A stretch of DNA of 32,000 nucleotides, taken from the NCBI RefSeq assembly GCF_003428155.1, contig NZ_QLIR01000003.1, positions 90,001 to 122,000 on the forward strand. Reading direction: 5' to 3'. This document shows positions 19,062 to 28,117 of the stretch, piece by piece. The notes under the pieces are model-generated. The model did not search any database, was not told where the DNA came from, and saw nothing but the letters and a program-made list of their open reading frames with translations. The DNA comes from Fastidiosibacter lacustris. GTDB lineage: Bacteria; Pseudomonadota; Gammaproteobacteria; Francisellales; Francisellaceae. Numbering within the stretch: the stretch's first letter is position 1; every line of letters begins with the position of its first letter. A program made the position numbers and the translations under genes.

Positions 19062-20216
19062 TTAAAGGTCAATGGCTGCAAGTGTGCCATTATTAGTTTG
19101 AACGACTATTGTTTTGCCAACTGCAATTGGTTGAGCATTTATGCCATCCCCACCAACTTGAACACGATTGAGATATTTCCCTGTTTTGGCATTAAGTATA
19201 TGAATGTAGCCTTCATAGTCACCAACAACAATAAAACCATCTATATATAAAGGCGCAGAGGGTTTTCTACCTTCTAATTCTATTGCTTGCCAGAGTGTGT
19301 CACCCGTTTTAGTGTTATAAGCTGTGATATTTCCTTTGCTATCAACAGCAAACAATGCTTCGTTATTTAAGACAAGATTACGATAAATGGAGGCTTTTTT
19401 TTGCCAGTTCATACTACCAAGTTTAGTATTAAAGCTAATTAAGTTGCCTTGGAAAGTAGCAACATAAAGTTTGTCGTTGTCAATAATCGGAGTGGCGGTG
19501 ATGTCAACCATTTGCTGAGCAGGGGAACCAGATTGAGGAAGTGCAATAGGGTTATCCCATTGTTTTTCTCCACTGTCAGCTTTAAGCCCCCATAAGCTAC
19601 CTGATGATGTTCCTGCTATGACTAAATCTTGATAAAGAATAGGAGAGCTGTTGCCAATGAGCATGACATCTGGGATAGGGGTGCTTTGTGTCCATAACTG
19701 CTGCCCATCACTGATTGCATAAGCAGAGAGGCTACCATCATGTGTCTGAACATAAATAACGTTATCGACAATTGTGGGTTTGGAAAAAAGGCTACTTGGC
19801 AGGACATTTTTCCACAAGATTTTACCTGTGTTACGATCAAGTGCAATAATTGTGCCACACAAGCTGCCAGCCACGACGTATTGACCACTGACATTAGCAG
19901 CTGAGCTGAGTTTAAGATCAGTATTCGTTGACCATAAAAGTTTGCCTGTTTGAGCATTTACAGCACTCATGTAACCATCAAAGCTTGTGGTGTATATAAT
20001 ATTATTAAAGCTTACAGGCGTTAATGTTAAATCAACTTGACCACCGTTGCCATTACCAATACTCCTATCCCAAACATAATTGACTTCAACGTTAGGTTTA
20101 AACTCAACAAGTGGTTTAGGCGGAATATCGTTACTCTTGTTACCACAACCAGTGAGCGTACTGCCAAGAATGGTGATTAATAGAGAAGCGATAAAAATTC
20201 TTTTAGCTTTTTTCAT
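19062..20216 (-). CDS. bamB: Outer-membrane protein assembly factor BamB (YfgL), beta-propeller lipoprotein
   Basis: 384-aa ORF with lipobox LTGC|G. It has repeated PQQ-like WD-type blades (GKLLW, GKILW, GQQLW, GEKQW, GDTLW). It sits directly downstream of yfgM, as in other Gammaproteobacteria. Confidence 0.9.
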   Translation of the reverse strand: MKKAKRIFIASLLITILGSTLTGCGNKSNDIPPKPLVEFKPNVEVNYVWDRSIGNGNGGQVDLTLTPVSFNNIIYTTSFDGYMSAVNAQTGKLLWSTNTDLKLSSAANVSGQYVVAGSLCGTIIALDRNTGKILWKNVLPSSLFSKPTIVDNVIYVQTHDGSLSAYAISDGQQLWTQSTPIPDVMLIGNSSPILYQDLVIAGTSSGSLWGLKADSGEKQWDNPIALPQSGSPAQQMVDITATPIIDNDKLYVATFQGNLISFNTKLGSMNWQKKASIYRNLVLNNEALFAVDSKGNITAYNTKTGDTLWQAIELEGRKPSAPLYIDGFIVVGDYEGYIHILNAKTGKYLNRVQVGGDGINAQPIAVGKTIVVQTNNGTLAAIDL

Positions 20217-20236
20217 GTATATTCCTAAATTAAACG

Positions 20237-20881
20237 TTACTTAAGTGCAGCAAGGTTATCAATTTTTATTTGCAGTAGGTTTTTAATATCAGTAAGCTCA
20301 GGTTTTTGTGTCTCTTTGAGTGCAAGTTCCCATTGCGTTTGTGCTGCTGAATAATCTTTATTAGCAAAATAAGCATCACCTAATAGCATGGCTTTGGATA
20401 AAGAAAAACCCGTAAGTTTAATGCTATTGAGCGTTGTGATTGCGTCATTTATTTGGTTTTGAGCCATTTGAATACGTGCAAGTCGTAGTTTTGCAATTGC
20501 TTGAACGTTTGGGTTAATCGAATTGTTTGCAATTTCCTGTAAACTTGCTACTGCTTGCGCTAAATCATCTTTAAGTACAGATTGCCTTGCAATTTCTAAA
20601 CGCGCAAAATCTGAGTAAATAGATTTAGGATAAAGATTAATAATATTTTGTGCTTGGTTGATTATAATATCACTATTGCCAGTAACGTTTTCAGAAATCA
20701 ACATCATTTTTTGATAAAGCTCAATTGCTTCAACATCATTTTGCAGCTGTCTTTTTTGCCAATATTGCCAACTAACAATGACAATTAAGACCAAACAGAT
20801 AATGGTAACAACAGATGTTCTATATTTTTTCCATAGTAGCTTGGTTTTATCAAACTCATTAGTATCCAATTGTTCAGTCAT
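20237..20881 (-). CDS. yfgM: YfgM-family (UPF0070) membrane-anchored TPR-like protein
   Basis: 214-aa ORF with a single N-terminal TM (VVTIICLVLIVIVSWQYW). The C-terminal part (AKLRLARIQMAQNQINDAITTLNSIK...LLQIKIDNL) aligns by eye with E. coli YfgM (INLRLARVQVQLK...MQMKINNL). Confidence 0.82.
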   Translation of the reverse strand: MTEQLDTNEFDKTKLLWKKYRTSVVTIICLVLIVIVSWQYWQKRQLQNDVEAIELYQKMMLISENVTGNSDIIINQAQNIINLYPKSIYSDFARLEIARQSVLKDDLAQAVASLQEIANNSINPNVQAIAKLRLARIQMAQNQINDAITTLNSIKLTGFSLSKAMLLGDAYFANKDYSAAQTQWELALKETQKPELTDIKNLLQIKIDNLAALK

Positions 20882-21047
20882 GAATATAAAACGTAAGGTA
20901 ACGACATTGGTCGCAAATATAACATAAAGCTTGGTAGCACTGTAGTGGAATATTAAGGTATCTTAAAATTGTTGAAAAAACGCTACAGCTATGGATGAAA
21001 TTAAGTAAAATAAGCGCGGATAAAGATATCTTAAATGGTGAGCTGTT

Positions 21048-22526
21048 ATGGTAAAAGCAGAAATATTAATGAATATAGCAGCACATGAGAAGCGTGTGGC
21101 TGTGATTGAGAATGGGGTTTTGCAAGAAGTACATATAGAGCGTGAGAATCAACGTGGCATAGTTGGTAATATATATAAAGGTAAAATTACACGTGTGTTA
21201 CCAGGTATGCAAGCTGCTTTTGTCGATATTGGCTTGGAGCGCGCAGGTTTTCTACATGTTTCAGATGTAATGCCAATTGCTTCAGATGAAAGTGCTGGAA
21301 TCGATTTAAATAGTAAGGAGGCGGATGTACGCCACTGGCTAAGAGAAGGTCAAAGCATTTTAGTCCAAGTATTAAAGGATCCATTAGGTACCAAAGGTGC
21401 ACGTTTAAGTGCACATTTATCTCTAGCCTCACGCTATCTTGTCCACATGCCGGATTTAGATCATATTGGGATTTCACTTCGTATTGAATCAGAAGAAGAA
21501 CGAGAGCGTTTGCAACAAGTGATGAAAGAGGCGCTTGGCTATGAATATCCACGTGGTTTTATTATTCGCACTGTAGCAGAGGGGTTGTCTTCTAAAGAGT
21601 TAAGAAAAGACATTATTTTCTTACAAAATCTATGGCAAGGTGTTGTTGATTCTGCAAGCACGGTAACAAAGGCAGGTGTGGTATATGAAGATTTAAGCTT
21701 AGTGATGCGAACGCTTCGTGACTTTGCTAATGATAAGGTAGAGCGTATTCGAATCGATAATATTGATATGTATAGCGAGCTGTGCCGATTTAGCGACAAA
21801 TTTGTACCTGGCGTACGTGAAAAACTTGAACTTTATCGTTCTGATAATCCTATCTTTGATATGTATGGCGTCGAAGAAGAACTAGCGCGAGCATTAGATC
21901 GAAAAGTACCTTTAAAATCAGGTGGTTACATTATCATTGACCAAACGGAAGCAATGACAACTATTGATGTCAATACAGGAGCATACGTTGGAATGGTGAA
22001 TCTAGAAGAAACTATTTTCAAAACCAACTTAGAAGCGGTACGCGTCATTGGTAGACAATTGAGATTACGTAATTTAGGTGGAATCATCATTATTGATTTC
22101 ATTGACATGTTAGATGACGAGCATAAAGAACAGGTTTTAGATGCATTGGCTAAAGTGCTAGAGTTAGACTATGCACGAACAACTTTTTCTGGTTTGTCTG
22201 AATTGGGACTTGTCGAAATGACGCGTAAACGTACTCAAGAAAGCCTCGTTCAGTTTTTATGTGAACCTTGTCCAATGTGTCAAGGCAAAGGTAGGATTAA
22301 AACTGTACAAACGATTTGTTATGAAATTTTTAGAGAAATTAAACGAGAAGCCTGTACTTACCAAAGCAATGGTTTTCTAATAGTGGCATCAAGCGCAGTT
22401 GTTGATGCCTTGCAAAATGATGAATCATTTGGGTTAGGAGAACTTGAAATTATTATCTCGAAACCCATTAAGCTGCAAGCAGAATTCAGCTATGCTCAAC
22501 AAATGTATGATATTGTATTAATCTAA
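21048..22526 (+). CDS. rng: Ribonuclease G (RNase E/G family)
   Basis: 492-aa ORF. The N-terminus and S1 domain (RVAVIENGVLQEVHIERENQRGIVGNIYKGKITRVLPGMQAAFVDIG) are nearly collinear with E. coli RNase G. The catalytic region TEAMTTIDVNTG and the Zn-link CPMCQG are present. The size fits RNase G rather than RNase E. Confidence 0.92.
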   Translation: MVKAEILMNIAAHEKRVAVIENGVLQEVHIERENQRGIVGNIYKGKITRVLPGMQAAFVDIGLERAGFLHVSDVMPIASDESAGIDLNSKEADVRHWLREGQSILVQVLKDPLGTKGARLSAHLSLASRYLVHMPDLDHIGISLRIESEEERERLQQVMKEALGYEYPRGFIIRTVAEGLSSKELRKDIIFLQNLWQGVVDSASTVTKAGVVYEDLSLVMRTLRDFANDKVERIRIDNIDMYSELCRFSDKFVPGVREKLELYRSDNPIFDMYGVEEELARALDRKVPLKSGGYIIIDQTEAMTTIDVNTGAYVGMVNLEETIFKTNLEAVRVIGRQLRLRNLGGIIIIDFIDMLDDEHKEQVLDALAKVLELDYARTTFSGLSELGLVEMTRKRTQESLVQFLCEPCPMCQGKGRIKTVQTICYEIFREIKREACTYQSNGFLIVASSAVVDALQNDESFGLGELEIIISKPIKLQAEFSYAQQMYDIVLI

Positions 22527-22550
22527 ATCAATAAACTTAGGTGACAATTT

Positions 22551-25500
22551 ATGAGAAGACGTGTTTTTATTTTATGGCTTGGAATTGTCTTTGCCAGTTT
22601 TCTCCTGATTGTGATCTTAGTAGGATATGGATTATTAAGGCTGTTGCCAAGTTATCAACATACGATTGAAGATGTGCTTTCTCAAGTGACAGGTTCAAAA
22701 GTATCATTACAAATTGAATATGCTGATTGGCGTGGTCTTGATCCTGTAGTTAAGGTTGGTCAAATTATGGTGAATGGCCATGATTTTTCACTGAATATTC
22801 CTGAAATGACAGTTAGAATTGATGGAATTCGATCTTTAATCGCTTGGAATTTTGTGACGAAGTCGATTGTGATTGATTCACCAAAACTGAAGTATTATTC
22901 AGAAACAAATAAAATTGATAATCAATTTTTGCAGTTACTATCTGTAGAAGAGATCAATCAGATAGGTGGATGTTGGTCGAGAGTTTTGGATTACTTGCTT
23001 CAACAACAGCGGTTAAGCTTAAAAGGAATGATAGTTGTCATTGATCTAAGAAGTCAGGGTATAGCCTGGGAACTTACGTTAAATATGGATTATACAAAAA
23101 GAAAGCAACAAAAAGGCTTATTAAACATAGCAATTTCACCTTTGATAGCTAAGCAAAATACACAAGTAGAAATAACAGCAGTTATCGAACAAAAGGATGA
23201 TAAATATTACTTTGATAGTAATTTAATGGATAAAGCACATGTACTTATTAGTGTGCTTAATAACCTTAGTGATAAAATCAAGTTTGAGCCATTGATAGGA
23301 AATCAAATTAATCTATTTATTCAAAGTTCTATAAAAGGCTTGGATGAGATTTCTATGATCGGGGAGTTATCTGAATTAGAATTAGAAACTAAATTGCTGC
23401 AGAAAACAAAGTTTAAAAATATATCCTTTAACTTAAGGCTATTTCGCTACCAAGGTCGCTTTATGTTAGACGTAAATCCTTTAACCTTCGTAACGCACAA
23501 TAAACATTATATATTTAGATCTACGCTCATGGCTTTGGATAATCATCGCTTAATGGTGAATGTTTCACGCTTTAATTTGGCAGATTTTTCAAATTTGACT
23601 CAGTTAGATGTTGTTAAATGGCGTAAAGACTTAATTTTATCAGGGCAGCTCACAAATCTACAACTTTCATTTGATTTACAGGAAATGAATATGGATGGTG
23701 TGCAACTAAGTGCCAACTTCAATGATTTAGGCGTCACACAAAGTGATAAACGCTTTGATTTTACCGGTTTAACTGGACAACTTTGGTGGCAAAAAAATAG
23801 TGCAAAAATTTTATTAAATGCACCAAATTTTACCTTGGGTGAAAATACGGTGTTTACAAAAGTATGGCCACAATTTAACGCTGTTGGCGAATTAAATATC
23901 ATCAAACAACAAGATAAAGTCATCGTTTATGTGCCAAATCTTCAATTAAATAACAAAACAATTAATTTTTCTGCTAAAGGCAATATCGACGTTCCACTTG
24001 ATCAGCCATTAAATTTTACATTAGATATCAAAGCAAACCTAACTGGACAACATGTAACAACGGAATATCAATCTTTTTTACCCAAACATGGTATTCCAAT
24101 AGCGCTTTATGATTGGTTAATGAAATCTTTATATGGTGCAAAAGCAGTTGATGCAAGTCTTAAAATCAAAGGGGTGGCACGTAATATTCCATTTGCAGAT
24201 GATTCAGGTGTTTTTAAAATAGATGCTAATATTCAAGATGGAAAGCTTATACCATATTTTGGTTTAGGTGTTGCTTATGGGCTTAATGGTAGTCTTCACT
24301 TTGACAATGAACAATTAAGCGCTAAGGTCGATAGGGGAATGCTAGGTGGAATTCCAATTAAAATAGCTCACGTCAGTGTTGATAACATTGCTCGCAACAC
24401 CCCAGCAACTCTTACTATCACTGGTAGTGCTGACACAAATAGTAAGCAAGCTTACACGTATTTAGAAAGTACAGAATATGGCAAGTTAGTGAATGAGCTA
24501 AGCCATTATGCAAAATTACAGGCTAACACAAGTATAAGCCTAGGGATTGAGATTCCATTCGGTGATCAGTCACGTCATCATCGCTTTTATGGTAAAGTTT
24601 CAATCAATGATGGTTTATTATCTATATATCAGCCATTTGTATATAACATCTATGCTATGGAAGGTGAAATTGCATTCAATAATGGCAATGTTTTTATACA
24701 CCAAATAAAAGCTATGTTAAACAAGAATTTCCCTGTCGCATTAACAGGGTCGCTTAACGTAGAAAATCCCAAAAACCCGACTGTCATGCTAACAGGCAAA
24801 ACGACTATTCCATTTACAGAAGGAAACTTCAATCCATTAACAAAGTTTAGTACAAAACAAAAACTGTCAGGAACCTTGCCCATTAGCTTCGCACTCAATA
24901 GTAATTTTGATAAAGGCGAATTTAAAATAGACAGTAATTTTATAGGTTTGACAAGTACATTAGGTGCTCCATTTAATAAAACAGCTTTTGAATCTTTGCC
25001 AATTGAGCTTAAGCTTTCATGGCAAAAGGACAATAACATAGGTAAACCAATTGACATTCAACAAATTTCAAAAGCACAATTTGAAGTTGAAACTAAACTA
25101 AATATTGCAAATCAAACAGATTTAACAACGGGATTTAACTTTAGCAACAAAGGTATAGGCGCATTGAGTATGACAGGGCACATCCATAAACTCAGTTTAG
25201 ATTTCTTATTGAATCTAGCAAATATGGTTGACCAAGCAATCTTAACCTTTCGTGCTCAAAATCAACTACAACAACTAACAGCACTAAATACTCCCTTGGT
25301 GGAAGATAAAAAAACAAGTTATGATAATTGTCTCATCGTTGCAAATTATGCTAATTGCATCTATCGCAATTTAAGTAATTGGCTTAAACCAAAAATCAAT
25401 TTGGATATAGGTTTACTTGATGTTTGTAATACGATTTACCAGGATGTCAACCTTAAAACAGCAGTAAGTCAACATTATACAAATATTGAGTTGACGGCTA

Positions 25501-26474
25501 ATAATTCAGTTAAAATAACTATTGACATACCACAAGCTTTACAAAAGCCAATAGAAGTAAACGCAGATAATTTATCCTTTAGGTTATCTAGCGATAAAGT
25601 TAAAAAAGAAAAAGAACAACAAACTCGAAACGATGCTCAGTTTAAAGGTGTTTTAGCTAAGGTGCTTAACGTTAATACTCTACAAAAAATTCCAAATGCC
25701 AACATTAAATTAACTAATTTACAACTAGGTGGATATGGTATTCCAAATATCTTAGTAGCGGTTAATATACGTGCTGGCGTTTTATTTATTCCAGTATTGT
25801 CAGCCTATGATCCAAGCTCAAAACTCTTAGCAAGTGTGCAGTTATCACCACAAGGCAGTACCTTGCAACTTAATGCATTTTCACTAAATTGGGGAAATTT
25901 ACTTAATAGTTTTGGCTATGAAAACTTTCTTAAAAGTACATCTGGGGATCTAAATGCAAATTTCAGCTGGTCAAAACTCATGCCAAGTTTCTCAAACATA
26001 AAAGGTAACATAAGTATCGACTTACTAAATGGCGTAATTCTGTCGATAGATGCAGGTATTGCAAAATACATAGGTTTACTAAGTTTAGATGCTTATTTTA
26101 AACGATTATTTTTACCTTATAACGATTTTGAGCATCAAGGGATGCCATTTAACCATATCACGGGTAGATATGACTTAAAGGATGGCATTGCCATAAGCCA
26201 GCCTTCAGTTGTGATTGACACGCCAGGTTTTGCACTTATTGTGCAAGGAGATATTAACATTTTAAACAAAACATTGAATCAAAGAATTAAATATCAACCT
26301 CATTTTTCGGGCACCACAGCTGCTGTAGCTGGTGCTTTGGGGGGACCAGTAGTTGCTCTTGCCACCTATTTGGGTGGTAAGGTTTTAGGCAATACATTAT
26401 TTAGAAATATGGGTCTTGTTAGCTTTGATGTGGTCGGTAATTGGGATAAGCCGACACTTAAGCAAGTTCAGTAA
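22551..26474 (+). CDS. yhdP: YhdP-like giant inner-membrane-anchored periplasm-spanning protein (AsmA-like superfamily)
   Basis: 1307-aa ORF with one N-terminal TM (VFILWLGIVFASFLLIVILVGYGLL). The rest is predicted to be soluble and beta-rich. The size (E. coli YhdP is 1266 aa) and the position immediately downstream of rng match the E. coli rng-yhdP arrangement. The domain assignment was not checked by alignment. Confidence 0.75.
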   Translation: MRRRVFILWLGIVFASFLLIVILVGYGLLRLLPSYQHTIEDVLSQVTGSKVSLQIEYADWRGLDPVVKVGQIMVNGHDFSLNIPEMTVRIDGIRSLIAWNFVTKSIVIDSPKLKYYSETNKIDNQFLQLLSVEEINQIGGCWSRVLDYLLQQQRLSLKGMIVVIDLRSQGIAWELTLNMDYTKRKQQKGLLNIAISPLIAKQNTQVEITAVIEQKDDKYYFDSNLMDKAHVLISVLNNLSDKIKFEPLIGNQINLFIQSSIKGLDEISMIGELSELELETKLLQKTKFKNISFNLRLFRYQGRFMLDVNPLTFVTHNKHYIFRSTLMALDNHRLMVNVSRFNLADFSNLTQLDVVKWRKDLILSGQLTNLQLSFDLQEMNMDGVQLSANFNDLGVTQSDKRFDFTGLTGQLWWQKNSAKILLNAPNFTLGENTVFTKVWPQFNAVGELNIIKQQDKVIVYVPNLQLNNKTINFSAKGNIDVPLDQPLNFTLDIKANLTGQHVTTEYQSFLPKHGIPIALYDWLMKSLYGAKAVDASLKIKGVARNIPFADDSGVFKIDANIQDGKLIPYFGLGVAYGLNGSLHFDNEQLSAKVDRGMLGGIPIKIAHVSVDNIARNTPATLTITGSADTNSKQAYTYLESTEYGKLVNELSHYAKLQANTSISLGIEIPFGDQSRHHRFYGKVSINDGLLSIYQPFVYNIYAMEGEIAFNNGNVFIHQIKAMLNKNFPVALTGSLNVENPKNPTVMLTGKTTIPFTEGNFNPLTKFSTKQKLSGTLPISFALNSNFDKGEFKIDSNFIGLTSTLGAPFNKTAFESLPIELKLSWQKDNNIGKPIDIQQISKAQFEVETKLNIANQTDLTTGFNFSNKGIGALSMTGHIHKLSLDFLLNLANMVDQAILTFRAQNQLQQLTALNTPLVEDKKTSYDNCLIVANYANCIYRNLSNWLKPKINLDIGLLDVCNTIYQDVNLKTAVSQHYTNIELTANNSVKITIDIPQALQKPIEVNADNLSFRLSSDKVKKEKEQQTRNDAQFKGVLAKVLNVNTLQKIPNANIKLTNLQLGGYGIPNILVAVNIRAGVLFIPVLSAYDPSSKLLASVQLSPQGSTLQLNAFSLNWGNLLNSFGYENFLKSTSGDLNANFSWSKLMPSFSNIKGNISIDLLNGVILSIDAGIAKYIGLLSLDAYFKRLFLPYNDFEHQGMPFNHITGRYDLKDGIAISQPSVVIDTPGFALIVQGDINILNKTLNQRIKYQPHFSGTTAAVAGALGGPVVALATYLGGKVLGNTLFRNMGLVSFDVVGNWDKPTLKQVQ

Positions 26475-27993
26475 CGGGGGGGTAGGCGTACTCATTCAAC
26501 ACATCTACCACGGCTTGTAGTAATTTTGTGGCGCTAAAGCCATAAACACCTTTTTCTTTAGCATATTTTTCACTGGCTATCCCTTGTAAAAGAACAGCAA
26601 ACTCAGCAGCCTTACTAACGGATTGAAGTTGTGCAGCAAGACCTGCAATCATGCCTGTAAGTAAATCACCTGAGCCAGCAGTTGCTAAAATAGGATGTCC
26701 ATAACGGCAAAGCTTAAGTTTATTCTCAGTGTAGAGTAAAGTTCCAGCACCTTTTAGCAAGACTTGTGTATGATAATGATCCGCCAGTGTTTTGGTTAAT
26801 TCAATACGGTTATTACGAACTATGCTTGCAGTTGTATTTAATATTCTTGCTGCTTCGCCTTCGTGTGGTGTAATGAGCAGTTGATCTTGATTACATCGAA
26901 GTTGAATTGATTTCAAGAAATCTAATGCACCGGCATCTATAATCATAGTTTTATTAAACTTAAGTGCTTCAGTGATAATACGTTGTGACCAAGGCATAGA
27001 TTCAACCATGCCTGGACCAATTACAAGAACATCTAATTTATTTATTAGCATTTCAACGTCCCTGAATTGCTCAACTCCATAACACATAATCTCAGGTTGA
27101 TTCAGGTTGATAAAAGTGGCATGCTCTTTATGAGTAAATAAACTTACACGTCCTGCACCTATGATTAATGCGGCAGTTGCAGTCATAATAGCAGCACCAG
27201 ACATCCCTTTATCACCTGCAATGATACCAACGTTTCCTTTGTCATTTTTGTTAATAGTTTTGCATTTGAGTAATTGAGAAATATAGCTTTTTAGATCACT
27301 ATGGTCTAATAGAGTTGCTTGCGGTTGAAGGCTAGAATCAAACATATCCTCACTAACAAGTGGAGCATAAATGAGATTACCGACATAATCAGGAGCTTCC
27401 CCTGTATAGAGTCCTATTTTGTTGCAGACAAAGCTTACGGTTGTATTGGCCTTGATGGCGCAACTAAATAACTTACCAGTCGAAGCGCACACCCCTGATG
27501 GGACATCAACACTTAAGGTATAACGACTGTGAGCATTAATCGTTTTAACAATTGTACTGAGATAACCACTGATATCACGATTAATGCCAGTGCCAAAAAG
27601 CGCGTCAACCACAACATTTGCTTGTTTAATCGCTTCTTCAAAAAGATCATGATCAACATAAGATAACAATTTTATATCAATGCCTAAACTTTTTGCATGC
27701 TTCAACATATATTGGGTATCTGGGGTTAATCGATCATCATCAATAGTAGTGAATATACGTGTGTCAATATTGGCCATATGTGTAAGCGCTGCAATCATAA
27801 AGCCATCTCCTGCATTATTACCATAACCTGCAATCACAACAATGCGTTGAGGACATTGCTTTTGAATTTCATTAAAACAAGCAAAAGCAGCTTTAGCCAT
27901 AAGATCTAGACTGTTAATGCTTTTATTATGAATAAGATATTGATCTATATCATAAGCTTGTTTGGCACTATAGAGACTTTTAAAATGAGTCAT
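26458..27993 (-). CDS. nnr: Bifunctional NAD(P)H-hydrate repair enzyme (epimerase and ADP-dependent dehydratase), YjeF/Nnr
   Basis: The N-terminal YjeF_N domain has GYGNNAGDG. The C-terminal carbohydrate-kinase domain has KGAGTLL and AGSGDLLTGMIAG. The ORF-track start at 28047 is a TTG. The ATG at 27993 (MTHFKSLYSAKQAYDID...) matches typical Nnr N-termini, so I use it. Confidence 0.85.
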   Translation of the reverse strand: MTHFKSLYSAKQAYDIDQYLIHNKSINSLDLMAKAAFACFNEIQKQCPQRIVVIAGYGNNAGDGFMIAALTHMANIDTRIFTTIDDDRLTPDTQYMLKHAKSLGIDIKLLSYVDHDLFEEAIKQANVVVDALFGTGINRDISGYLSTIVKTINAHSRYTLSVDVPSGVCASTGKLFSCAIKANTTVSFVCNKIGLYTGEAPDYVGNLIYAPLVSEDMFDSSLQPQATLLDHSDLKSYISQLLKCKTINKNDKGNVGIIAGDKGMSGAAIMTATAALIIGAGRVSLFTHKEHATFINLNQPEIMCYGVEQFRDVEMLINKLDVLVIGPGMVESMPWSQRIITEALKFNKTMIIDAGALDFLKSIQLRCNQDQLLITPHEGEAARILNTTASIVRNNRIELTKTLADHYHTQVLLKGAGTLLYTENKLKLCRYGHPILATAGSGDLLTGMIAGLAAQLQSVSKAAEFAVLLQGIASEKYAKEKGVYGFSATKLLQAVVDVLNEYAYPPVTELA

Positions 27994-28117
27994 GATTTTT
28001 TGTTGATTCAATAAATTTGTGTGATAAGCATATTTTTTATAAAGCAAAAGTGCAATAGGGCAGCAGTGGTTGTCGTGTCAGAATGGTACTCATAACGAAT
28101 CTAACAGTTCGATTTAT

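Noticed and set aside
19622-19957. Other embedded ORFs from the track: 1056-1244(-), 1858-2046(-), 4837-5028(-), 6269-6574(-), 9586-9771(-), 10081-10272(-), 10586-10798(-), 12656-12838(-), 13797-14000(-), 14105-14305(+), 14802-15008(-), 18040-18222(+), 19044-19250(+), 19622-19957(-), 21187-21552(-), 21539-21799(-), 21926-22108(-), 23600-23923(-), 24650-25057(-), 28318-28506(-), 28473-28781(+), 28734-28964(-), 28851-29051(+), 29367-29711(+)
   Set aside because: Nearly all lie inside, or mostly inside, genes with strong family assignments, either in an alternative frame or on the opposite strand. The exceptions extend into adjacent intergenic DNA (13797-14000 spans the oppF-sufS gap; 28734-28964 spans the gap upstream of the YecA-like gene), but these too have no family match. 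None has a convincing SD or a recognisable motif, and their composition looks like out-of-frame translation.
28045-28047. TTG start for nnr at 28047 (ORF-track start)
   Set aside because: It adds 18 residues (MLYKKYAYHTNLLNQQKI) with no SD and no similarity to Nnr N-termini. The ATG at 27993 gives a typical YjeF_N start. Neither start has a strong SD, so this stays a judgement call.
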